Assembly (NCBI GenBank): GCA_902516435.1
Contig: CABXYF010000002.1
Location: 32,828-96,827 of the forward strand
Direction: 5' to 3'
Origin: an uncultured Pelagibacteraceae bacterium
Lineage (GTDB): Bacteria; Pseudomonadota; Alphaproteobacteria; Pelagibacterales; Pelagibacteraceae
Length of the DNA stretch: 64,000 nt
Shown here: one piece after another, positions 10,398 to 18,609 of the stretch
How positions within the stretch are numbered: the first letter of the stretch is position 1
How the letters are laid out: each line of letters opens with the position of its first letter
Notes under the pieces: generated by a model
Database searches by the model: none
What the model was told of the DNA's origin: nothing
What the model saw: only the letters and a program-made list of their open reading frames with translations
Made by a program: the position numbers and the translations under genes

Positions 10398-10949
10398 ATG
10401 GAATTAACAAAAAATCTTGCACAACCTAAAATACTTAAATCTTTGTTAGCTATAGTGCTTGGTTCAATAGCTTTGACTATTTCAGCAAAAATAAAAATTC
10501 CTTTCTACCCTGTTCCTATGACTATGCAAACTTTCGTGGTCTTATTTTTAGGAATTAGCTTAGGATATAAAATTGGATTATCTTCTATTGGATTGTATTT
10601 GTTTGAGGGAATTTTAGGCTTTCCTGTATTTTCAAATTCTCCAGAAAAAGGTGTCGGACTATTATATTTCACAGGTCCAACTATGGGATATTTAATTGGA
10701 TTTTTAACTGCTTGCTATTTAGCATCAATGATAAAATTAAAAGATAATTTTTTAATTATGTTGGGTAAACTATTACTTGCAACTTCGACTATATATATTT
10801 TAGGATTATTATGGTTAGGAACATTAATTGGATGGGATAAACCTATTTTTGAATTGGGAGCTAAACCATTTTTATTAGCTGAAATATTCAAAATTGCGAT
10901 TTTGGCATTATTATTTAAGCAAATTATAAAAATTAGAAAATTTATCTAG
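10398..10949 (+). CDS. bioY: Biotin transporter BioY (ECF S-component)
   Basis: PVPMTMQTF, GFPVF and GPTMGYLIGF motifs. Confidence 0.92.
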   Translation: MELTKNLAQPKILKSLLAIVLGSIALTISAKIKIPFYPVPMTMQTFVVLFLGISLGYKIGLSSIGLYLFEGILGFPVFSNSPEKGVGLLYFTGPTMGYLIGFLTACYLASMIKLKDNFLIMLGKLLLATSTIYILGLLWLGTLIGWDKPIFELGAKPFLLAEIFKIAILALLFKQIIKIRKFI

Positions 10950-11505
10950 GTGATCTTTTAGATAGAATTCTTTGAAGTGTCCTTCTGTGCATTTTTAGTC
11001 TTCTTGCAGTTTCAGAAACATTTCTATTACAAAGTTCAAATACTCTATGGATATGTTCCCATTTTACTCTATCTGCAGACATAGGATTCTCTGGAGGAAC
11101 AGCTTTTTTTGAAGGATCTGCTAATAAAGCTTTTTCAACATCTTCCGCGTCAGCTGGTTTAGCAAGATAATCTATAGCGCCCTCTTTTATTGCAGCAACA
11201 GCTGTAGGTATATTTCCATAGCCAGTTAACATAATTATTCTACTCTCGCTATTTGAATTTTGAATTTCTTTTACAACTTCAAGACCATTTCCGTCTCCAA
11301 GTCTTAAATCTACTACTGCAAAACCGAGTTTTTTTGATTTTACAGTCTCAACACCTTTTTGTACACTTTCAGCTTGTAAAACTTGGAAGCCTTTTTTTTC
11401 CATCGCTCTAGCCAATCTTTCTCTAAATGGATTATCATCGTCGACTATAAGTAACGATTTATTATCGAAATCATTAAGGTTTTGAAGTATTGCTTGCTCT
11501 TTCAT
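10942..11505 (-). CDS. regA: Redox response regulator RegA/PrrA/ActR
   Basis: Receiver domain plus PPENPMSADRVKWEHIHRVFELCNRNVSETARRLKMHRRTLQRIL. Confidence 0.96.
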   Translation of the reverse strand: MKEQAILQNLNDFDNKSLLIVDDDNPFRERLARAMEKKGFQVLQAESVQKGVETVKSKKLGFAVVDLRLGDGNGLEVVKEIQNSNSESRIIMLTGYGNIPTAVAAIKEGAIDYLAKPADAEDVEKALLADPSKKAVPPENPMSADRVKWEHIHRVFELCNRNVSETARRLKMHRRTLQRILSKRSPR

Positions 11506-11511
11506 GATGCT

Positions 11512-11539
11512 TATATAGTTATTAATATAAATTTTTCAA
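11512..11539 (-). promoter_or_regulatory. Putative regA promoter (leaderless)
   Basis: TTGAAA-N16-TATATA, then 6 nt to the ATG. Confidence 0.5.
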
Positions 11540-11602
11540 TATATGAATATTCAACAATTCTGTATTGAATTATTTACTTTACATTAGTGATCTTTACTTT
11601 AT

Positions 11603-11668
11603 ATGCCAGAAAATATTAAAGTTTTTTATTATAAAGACTTTTTTTTATTAAATTTTTTTTGGAGGCAT
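11603..11668 (+). promoter_or_regulatory. Candidate structured 5' leader occluding the GGAGG RBS of the decarboxylase gene
   Basis: CCAGAAAA (11606-13) can pair with TTTTTTGG (11655-62), or ATGCC (11603-07) with GGCAT (11664-68). Inner stem AAAGTTTTT/AAAGACTTT. Confidence 0.4.
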
Positions 11669-11673
11669 TTAAA

Positions 11674-12858
11674 ATGCAAAAATTTAAATCGGTTGAGGAA
11701 CTTATAAATCAACTGAAACCTGAAAAACCAGTATACTGTATAAGAAAGAAATCAATTGAGTCTGCTGTAAATTTTTTTGTAAATAAGTTCGTAGGATCTA
11801 TTTTATATGCAGTAAAAACAAACCCTCATCCAGAAGTAATTAAAACTGTAATAGATTCAGGGATTGAGCAATTTGATGTCGCGTCAATTGAAGAGATTAA
11901 AAATATAAGAAATTTTAGTAAAACGGCAAAATGCTCTTATATGCATACTGTAAAAAGTAGAGAAAGTATTAAAGAAGCTTATTTTAATTATGGTGTTAAA
12001 AGTTTTTCATTAGATACAAAAGATGAGTTAATCAAAATTATAGAAAGTACAAATAATGCAAAAGATTTAGAATTATTTGTAAGAGTAGCAGTATCAAATG
12101 AACATGCAGAAATAGATCTGTCTAAAAAATTTGGAGCTTTAACATCAGAGGCTATAGGCTTAACAAGATTAGCAAAACAACATGCAAAAAAAATTGGTTT
12201 AAGTTTTCATGTTGGATCTCAATGTATGCATCCAATCTCTTATTCAAAAGGTATTAGTGAAATTGGAAATATAATTAAAAAAACAAAAATTGTTCCAGAT
12301 TATCTCAATATAGGAGGTGGATTTCCAACAATATATCCTGATTTAATTCCACAATCATTAGATAGTTATTTCAATGAGATTACAAAAAGTCTTGAAAATT
12401 TGAAACTTGAAAAATTACCAAAAATAATTTGCGAACCTGGAAGAGCTTTAGTTGCTGAAAGTGGATCAACAATTGTGAAAGTTAACTTAAGAAAAAAACA
12501 AAAGCTTTTTATCAATGATGGCACTTATGGTACTCTTTTTGATGCTGGTACTCCAAATATTGTTTTCCCTTCAAAGATGATTAAAGAAAACTCTAATAAA
12601 ATTATTTCAAAAAAATTAACAGCTTTTGATTTCTTTGGTCCAACATGTGATAGTATGGATTATATGAAAGGTCCTTTTTTACTTCCAAATAATATAAAAG
12701 AAAATGATTATATAGAACTTGGTCAGCTTGGGGCATACGGTTTAACATTTAGAACTAAGTTTAATGGATATTACTCAAATGAAATTTATGAAGTTGCAGA
12801 CAAACCAATAATGACAATGTACGATAAAGACACCGACAAAGCTAATATGGTTGCATAA
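11674..12858 (+). CDS. Alanine-racemase-fold (type III PLP) basic amino acid decarboxylase of the ODC family; ornithine or arginine specificity unresolved
   Basis: YAVKTN (PLP Lys), FDVAS, SFHVGSQ, IGGGF, EPGR, GPTCDS and GAYG motifs. ATG 11674 follows GGAGG. Confidence 0.9.
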   Translation: MQKFKSVEELINQLKPEKPVYCIRKKSIESAVNFFVNKFVGSILYAVKTNPHPEVIKTVIDSGIEQFDVASIEEIKNIRNFSKTAKCSYMHTVKSRESIKEAYFNYGVKSFSLDTKDELIKIIESTNNAKDLELFVRVAVSNEHAEIDLSKKFGALTSEAIGLTRLAKQHAKKIGLSFHVGSQCMHPISYSKGISEIGNIIKKTKIVPDYLNIGGGFPTIYPDLIPQSLDSYFNEITKSLENLKLEKLPKIICEPGRALVAESGSTIVKVNLRKKQKLFINDGTYGTLFDAGTPNIVFPSKMIKENSNKIISKKLTAFDFFGPTCDSMDYMKGPFLLPNNIKENDYIELGQLGAYGLTFRTKFNGYYSNEIYEVADKPIMTMYDKDTDKANMVA

Positions 12859-13901
12859 TGTCAGACCAGAAAAATCTAGGTCATAATAGTAAAAAAGATT
12901 TCTTAAAAAACCCAGTAGAGCACATTGATATCACTACTTTTGATGCTAGGAAGATAATTTCATCAATGGAAAAAATGTCTTTTGTATCCAGAGAGACTGC
13001 TAATGCAGCAAATATATATAATGAAATGCTAAAAGATAAAGAATGTACAATATTTTTAACCTTGGCAGGATCAACATCAGCCGCTGGGTGTATGAATATT
13101 TATAAAGACTTAGTCAAATACAATATGGTAGATGCAATAGTTGCTACTGGAGCATCTATAATTGACATGGATTTTTTTGAGGCATTGGGTTTTAAGCATT
13201 ATAAGGGTTCACAGTTTCAAGACGATACTGAATTAAGAAAAAATTATATTGATAGAATTTATGATACTTACATAGATGAAGAGGAATTACAGGAATGTGA
13301 TAAAAAAATATGCGAGATTGCGGATACATTAGAACCAAGAAGTTATACATCTAGAGAGTTTATTTGGGAAATAGGCAAATATCTAAAAAAAAATTCTAAG
13401 AAAAAAGACTCTTTAATTGAAACAGCATATGAGAATAATGTACCAATATTTTGCCCTGCATTTACAGACTCTAGTGCCGGTTTTGGATTGGTAATTCATC
13501 AAGAAAATAATCCAAAAAAACATATGACTATAGATTCTATAAGAGAATTCAGAGAGCTAACTGAAATTAAAATACAATCAAAAGGATCTGGCTTATTTAT
13601 GATTGGTGGTGGAGTTCCAAAAAATTTTATTCAAGATACTGTTATATGTGCTGAGCTTCTTGGAAAAGAAGTTGATATGCATAAATATGCTATTCAAATT
13701 ACTGTTGCTGACTCTAGGGATGGGGCTTGTAGTAGCTCTACTCTTAAAGAAGCCAGTTCTTGGGGCAAAGTAGATATAACTAAAGAACAAATGGTTTTTG
13801 CTGAAGCAACTAGTGTTTTGCCTTTAATAATGAGTGACGCATATCACAGAGGTGAATGGAAAAATAGAGATAGAAAAAATTTTTCCAAAATATTTAAATA
13901 A
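12858..13901 (+). CDS. Deoxyhypusine-synthase-like protein (homospermidine pathway, SpeY-like)
   Basis: DRIYDTY, FCPAFTDS, GGGVPKNF and DGACSSSTLKEASSWGKV (catalytic Lys in WGK). Confidence 0.9.
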   Translation: MSDQKNLGHNSKKDFLKNPVEHIDITTFDARKIISSMEKMSFVSRETANAANIYNEMLKDKECTIFLTLAGSTSAAGCMNIYKDLVKYNMVDAIVATGASIIDMDFFEALGFKHYKGSQFQDDTELRKNYIDRIYDTYIDEEELQECDKKICEIADTLEPRSYTSREFIWEIGKYLKKNSKKKDSLIETAYENNVPIFCPAFTDSSAGFGLVIHQENNPKKHMTIDSIREFRELTEIKIQSKGSGLFMIGGGVPKNFIQDTVICAELLGKEVDMHKYAIQITVADSRDGACSSSTLKEASSWGKVDITKEQMVFAEATSVLPLIMSDAYHRGEWKNRDRKNFSKIFK

Positions 13902-13913
13902 AAATATTTAAAT

Positions 13914-14696
13914 ATGAAAATTCCAATATATCAAGTTGATGCTTTTACATCTGAAGTATTTAAAGGAAATCCTGCAGCTGTATGTCCTCTGAAAGAATGG
14001 CTCTCTGAAAAAATTATGCAAGAAATAGCAAAAGAGAATAATTTATCAGAAACAGCTTTTTTCGTTAAAAATAATAAAAAATTTGATATTCGTTGGTTTA
14101 CTCCTGTTTCTGAATTAGATTTAGCGGGACACCCTACGCTTGCAACGGCTCATGTAATCATAGAAGAGTTAAATTTCAAATATGATAAAATTATTTTTAA
14201 AACCAAAATCGGTGATACATTAAATGTCATTAAACAAAATAATCTATATTTAATGGATTTTCCATCAAGACCTCCTGAAGTATATGATAATATTGAGTTA
14301 GTTTCAGAGGCATTAAGAAAGAGACCTTTAGCACTGCTTCGTCATAGAGATGCAGTTGCAATTTTTGAAAATGAAGAAGATATAAAATCTATAGAACCCA
14401 ACATGGAAAAGTTAAGTAAATTAGATTGTCCAGCGGTAATAGTTACTGCACCTGGAAATAATGTAGATTTCGTATCTAGAAACTTTGCTCCAAAATTAGG
14501 AATACCTGAAGATCCTGTGACTGGATCTGCTCACTGTGAATTAATTCCTTATTGGTCTAAAATACTAAATAAAAAAGAATTATTAGCTAATCAAATATCT
14601 AAAAGAGGAGGAAAACTTTATTGTACTCATAACAAAGACAGGGTTACAATAGGTGGAGAAGCAGTTACCTTTTTAAGGGGAGAAATAGAAATATAA
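13914..14696 (+). CDS. PhzF-family isomerase/epimerase
   Basis: QVDAFT..FKGNPAAV, NLSETAF, RWFTP..ELDLAGHPTLA and EDPVTGSAH motifs. Confidence 0.9.
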   Translation: MKIPIYQVDAFTSEVFKGNPAAVCPLKEWLSEKIMQEIAKENNLSETAFFVKNNKKFDIRWFTPVSELDLAGHPTLATAHVIIEELNFKYDKIIFKTKIGDTLNVIKQNNLYLMDFPSRPPEVYDNIELVSEALRKRPLALLRHRDAVAIFENEEDIKSIEPNMEKLSKLDCPAVIVTAPGNNVDFVSRNFAPKLGIPEDPVTGSAHCELIPYWSKILNKKELLANQISKRGGKLYCTHNKDRVTIGGEAVTFLRGEIEI

Positions 14697-14700
14697 ATAA

Positions 14701-15582
14701 ATGATAAAAAAAACTAAAATTGCAATAGTACAAACAAAAGTTTCAAATAATGAAAATTTAAATATAAAAAATTCTATTGATAAAATAAAACAAGCAGCAA
14801 AAAAAAAAGCTAAAATAATTTGCCTACCAGAGCTATTTCTTTCTCCTTATTTTTGTCAGACTGAAAATCATTCAAAATTTAAATTAGCTGAAAAAATTCC
14901 TGGAAAAAAAACTATTTTATATTGTGAATTAGCAAAAAAACTTTCTGTAATTTTAATTATTCCACTCTTTGAGAAAAAAACTTCTGGATTTTACCACAAT
15001 ACAAGCATCATAATAAATGAAAAAGGTAAAATAATTTCTAAGTACAGAAAAATGCATATTCCAGATGATCCTGGGTATTATGAAAAGTTTTATTTTACGC
15101 CTGGTGATTTAGGATTTAAATCTACAAAAACAAAATATGCTAAAATAGGGTCATTAATATGTTGGGATCAATGGTTTCCTGAAGCTGCAAGACTAACTGT
15201 TTTAAAGGGTGCTGAAATATTATTTTATCCTACAGCTATAGGATGGCACCCAAAAGAAAAGAAAAAATTTGGAAAATCTCAGTTAGATGCCTGGATCGTA
15301 ATGCAAAGAAGTCATGCTATTGCTAACGGTGTCTTTGTAGTAGCAATAAATAGAACTGGATTAGAAAAGATAGGAAATAAAAAAATTCAGTTTTGGGGTA
15401 ACTCAATGATCATTGATCCAAGTGGAAATATAGTTGCAAGAGCAAAATCAGAAAAAGAAGAAATTTTAATTTGTGATATTAATTTAAGCAAAATTGAAAA
15501 CGCAAGAAACCATTGGCCATTTTTAAGAGATAGAAGAATTGATTATTATAAAGGATTAACCAAGAATCCTAAGGATGAATAA
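14701..15582 (+). CDS. aguB: N-carbamoylputrescine amidohydrolase-like carbon-nitrogen hydrolase
   Basis: Nitrilase triad LPELF / YRKMHIPDDPGYYEKFYF / ICWDQWFPE and FLRDRR; adjacent to aguA. Confidence 0.88.
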   Translation: MIKKTKIAIVQTKVSNNENLNIKNSIDKIKQAAKKKAKIICLPELFLSPYFCQTENHSKFKLAEKIPGKKTILYCELAKKLSVILIIPLFEKKTSGFYHNTSIIINEKGKIISKYRKMHIPDDPGYYEKFYFTPGDLGFKSTKTKYAKIGSLICWDQWFPEAARLTVLKGAEILFYPTAIGWHPKEKKKFGKSQLDAWIVMQRSHAIANGVFVVAINRTGLEKIGNKKIQFWGNSMIIDPSGNIVARAKSEKEEILICDINLSKIENARNHWPFLRDRRIDYYKGLTKNPKDE

Positions 15583-16648
15583 AATTTTATCTCTTAAAGG
15601 TTACAGAATGCCTGGGGAATGGGAGTTACAAAAATCAGTATGGATTGCCTGGCCATACAATAAAAAAGATTGGCCTAATTTATTCAAAAATATACCAAGA
15701 GTAATTGCAGAAATAATTGCAAATTTATCAAATTCTCAAAAAGTAAATTTATTAATTAATCATCGTAATAATAAAATTAAGATCAAAGAAATATTAAATA
15801 ACTTTGATTGTAAATTATCAAACATTGTATTTTATAATATACCTACAAATAGAATCTGGTTAAGAGATTCGGGTCCTATTTTTCTAGTAAATGAAATAAA
15901 TAAAAATAAAGTTTTACTTAACTTTAAATTTAACGCCTGGGCTAAATATCATGATTATCAAAAAGATAACATGATTAATAATAAAATTTCAAAAATAACC
16001 AAAATTAAAAAAATTAACCCTGTTAGGAAGTTTAATAATAAACTTAAACAAGTAGTTTTGGAGGGTGGTGCTTTCGATGTAAATGGAAAAGGATCAATAT
16101 TGTTAACTAAAGAATGTCTTTTAAGTAAAATACAGGAGAGAAATCCAGGAATTACTAAATACGTTTTAGAAAATATTTTAAAAAAATATCTAAATGTTAC
16201 AAATTTTATTTGGTTAAACAAAGGAATTGAAGGTGATGATACACATGGACATATAGATGATATTACAAGATTTGTATCTGAAAACACAATTATGACTGCA
16301 ATTGAAAAAAATAGAAATGATAAAAACTATTTTAATTTAAAAGAAAATTATGAAATTTTAAGACGAGCAAAAAATTTAAAAGGGAAAAAATTTAGAATTA
16401 TTAAAATTCCAATGCCAGAGCCAATATATATTGATAATATAAGAGTGCCTGCAAGTTATCTAAATTTTTATATAGCTAACAAAATAATTCTTTTACCTAT
16501 TTTCAAAGACAAGAATGATAAAAAAGTATTATCAATTTTTAAAAAATTTTTTAAAAAAAAAAAAGTTATACCAATTAATTGTAGAGAGTTAATTTGGGGT
16601 TTTGGTGCTATTCATTGTATGACTCAACAAGAACCAGAGGTATTTTAA
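15575..16648 (+). CDS. aguA: Agmatine deiminase family protein
   Basis: MPGEW, WLRDSGP, LEGG, DDTHGHIDD, ASYLNF and GAIHCMTQQEP motifs. Confidence 0.92.
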   Translation: MNKILSLKGYRMPGEWELQKSVWIAWPYNKKDWPNLFKNIPRVIAEIIANLSNSQKVNLLINHRNNKIKIKEILNNFDCKLSNIVFYNIPTNRIWLRDSGPIFLVNEINKNKVLLNFKFNAWAKYHDYQKDNMINNKISKITKIKKINPVRKFNNKLKQVVLEGGAFDVNGKGSILLTKECLLSKIQERNPGITKYVLENILKKYLNVTNFIWLNKGIEGDDTHGHIDDITRFVSENTIMTAIEKNRNDKNYFNLKENYEILRRAKNLKGKKFRIIKIPMPEPIYIDNIRVPASYLNFYIANKIILLPIFKDKNDKKVLSIFKKFFKKKKVIPINCRELIWGFGAIHCMTQQEPEVF

Positions 16649-17193
16649 GCGGGTCTTAAGGTTCCTAGTAATAATCTAAAAGGTATCAACATTATTAATG
16701 CAACAAATATTTTAACTGCTAAATCGCCTAGGGATAACGTAACCCACGGAACACCTGTTGCATAAAAAGAAATTGAAAAAAACAAAAAAGTATCAACAGT
16801 TGATCCAATTAATGAAGAGGTCAATGGTGCTATAAACCATTTTCTATTTCGTAATTGATCAAAAATTTGAACATCTAAAAGTTGGGCAACTAAAAAAGCA
16901 GTTCCTGATCCAATTGCTATTCTCACTGAAATTAATTCTGTAAAATTAGTTGAGAATAATAAGGTAAAACTAATTCCTATCGCAAAACCAATATAAACAA
17001 TTTTTCTAGCAACCAACTTTCCATAAGATCTATTTGCTAAGTCAGTTATTAAAAAAGCTACTGGATAACTAAATGCTCCATAAGTTAATATCTCTTCCAG
17101 CCCATAATATTTAATCGGGAATTGGACTAAATAATTTGAGGATAAAACAACAACTCCCATTAAAAATGAGAGAAACAAAAATAATTTATTCAT
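16645..17193 (-). CDS. Queuosine precursor transporter (VUT/YhhQ family)
   Basis: SSNYLVQ, YPVAFLITD, RIAIGSGTAFLVAQLLD and DTFLFF motifs. Confidence 0.85.
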   Translation of the reverse strand: MNKLFLFLSFLMGVVVLSSNYLVQFPIKYYGLEEILTYGAFSYPVAFLITDLANRSYGKLVARKIVYIGFAIGISFTLLFSTNFTELISVRIAIGSGTAFLVAQLLDVQIFDQLRNRKWFIAPLTSSLIGSTVDTFLFFSISFYATGVPWVTLSLGDLAVKIFVALIMLIPFRLLLGTLRPA

Positions 17194-17504
17194 TATGCAG
17201 ATTTAACTAAAGGTTTTTTCTTATAAGGTGATTTAATTAAAATACCTTTTTTTAATTTTTTAAGTCTTGGAGACAAGTTTTTATTTTTTACAGTTTTTAA
17301 GTAATCGTCAAAACTACCTTTTTTATCAACTGATCTAACTCCAGCATTGCTTACTGTTAATTTCAGACTTCTTTTCATAAGTTCACTGGTAAACTTTACT
17401 TTCTTTAGGTTAGGTAAAAATCTTCTTTTAGTCTTATTGTTAGCGTGACTAACATTATGACCTTTCATAGGAATTTTACCAGTAAGTTCACATTTTTTTG
17501 ACAT
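17193..17504 (-). CDS. rpmB: 50S ribosomal protein L28
   Basis: [29 protein letters not shown]. Confidence 0.97.
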   Translation of the reverse strand: MSKKCELTGKIPMKGHNVSHANNKTKRRFLPNLKKVKFTSELMKRSLKLTVSNAGVRSVDKKGSFDDYLKTVKNKNLSPRLKKLKKGILIKSPYKKKPLVKSA

Positions 17505-17516
17505 AATAACAGTGCT

Positions 17517-17545
17517 TATATAAGGTTAGATGTTGGTGGCGTCAA
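17517..17545 (-). promoter_or_regulatory. Putative rpmB promoter
   Basis: TTGACG-N17-TATATA, 12 nt upstream of the ATG. Confidence 0.6.
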
Positions 17546-17556
17546 GTTTAATAGAA

Positions 17557-18609
17557 TTAAGAAAGAGTTTTATTTCCTATAATTTCACTAAAATTCTTAA
17601 CACCATCTCTAGTCAATAATTCTTTTAGGTCTTTTTTAATAATACCAGCTATATTTGGACCTTGAAACACCATGCCTGTATATAGTTGAATATAATCCGC
17701 ACCCAATAAAAACTTTTCGTAGGCTGATTGTCCTGAATCTACTCCTCCAACACCAATGATCTTAATTTTACCTTTTAACAAATTATAAAACTTATTTATT
17801 AATATATTTGATTTTTTCTCAATAGGTTTTCCAGATAATCCTCCTTTTTGATGTCTTTGAATATTTTTTAAAATATCTCTTGATGTCTCTGAGGTATTTG
17901 AAATAATTATTCCACTTATATCATTTTCTAAAAGAATTTCTGAAATGAGATTTATATGATTTTCGTCTATATCAGGTGAAATTTTAACCACTATTGGAAT
18001 ATTTGTTTCTAAATTTTTTTTCTTCTCTGAAACAGATTTAAGTAAATCTTGTAATTTTCTTTCATCATGAAAACTTCTTAAGTCTTCAGTATTAGGTGAT
18101 GAAATGTTAATAGTAATATAATCTGCAACTTCATGGAATTTTTCAATTCCTATTAAATAATCATTTATTCGATTATCAGAGTCTTTATTGGGGCCAACGT
18201 TTATTCCTAGCACTCCCAGTTTATTGTTTGATTTAATCCTATTTAATACAGCATCTGAACCCTGATTGTTAAAGCCCAGTCTATTTATCAGCGCTTGGTC
18301 TTCTACTAACCTAAAAACTCTAGGTTTACTATTCCCATATTGTTTTAAAGGTGTGATTGTGCCAACTTCTACTAATCCAAATCCTAACTTAAATAAAGGG
18401 TTGTAGACCTCCGCATTCTTGTCAAAACCTGCCGCTATCCCAACAGGATTGTTTAACTCTTTGTTAAAAATTTTAGTCTTGAAAATAGGATCATTTTTAT
18501 GCTCATCAAAGATGTTTGAAACTAGGTTGAGTTTAAGAGACTGTATTGCTAAAAAGTGAGCTCTTTCAGGATCTATTTTAAATATTAAAGATCTTAAATT
18601 TGAAAACAT
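17557..18609 (-). CDS. pyrD: Dihydroorotate dehydrogenase (quinone, class 2)
   Basis: AAGFDKN, NRLGFNN, NISSPNT and GGLSG motifs. Confidence 0.97.
   Translation of the reverse strand: MFSNLRSLIFKIDPERAHFLAIQSLKLNLVSNIFDEHKNDPIFKTKIFNKELNNPVGIAAGFDKNAEVYNPLFKLGFGLVEVGTITPLKQYGNSKPRVFRLVEDQALINRLGFNNQGSDAVLNRIKSNNKLGVLGINVGPNKDSDNRINDYLIGIEKFHEVADYITINISSPNTEDLRSFHDERKLQDLLKSVSEKKKNLETNIPIVVKISPDIDENHINLISEILLENDISGIIISNTSETSRDILKNIQRHQKGGLSGKPIEKKSNILINKFYNLLKGKIKIIGVGGVDSGQSAYEKFLLGADYIQLYTGMVFQGPNIAGIIKKDLKELLTRDGVKNFSEIIGNKTLS

Noticed and set aside
12858-13901. DHS-like gene as evidence of eIF5A/EF-P hypusination
   Set aside because: No efp is nearby, and the operon context with polyamine enzymes favours small-molecule polyamine synthesis.
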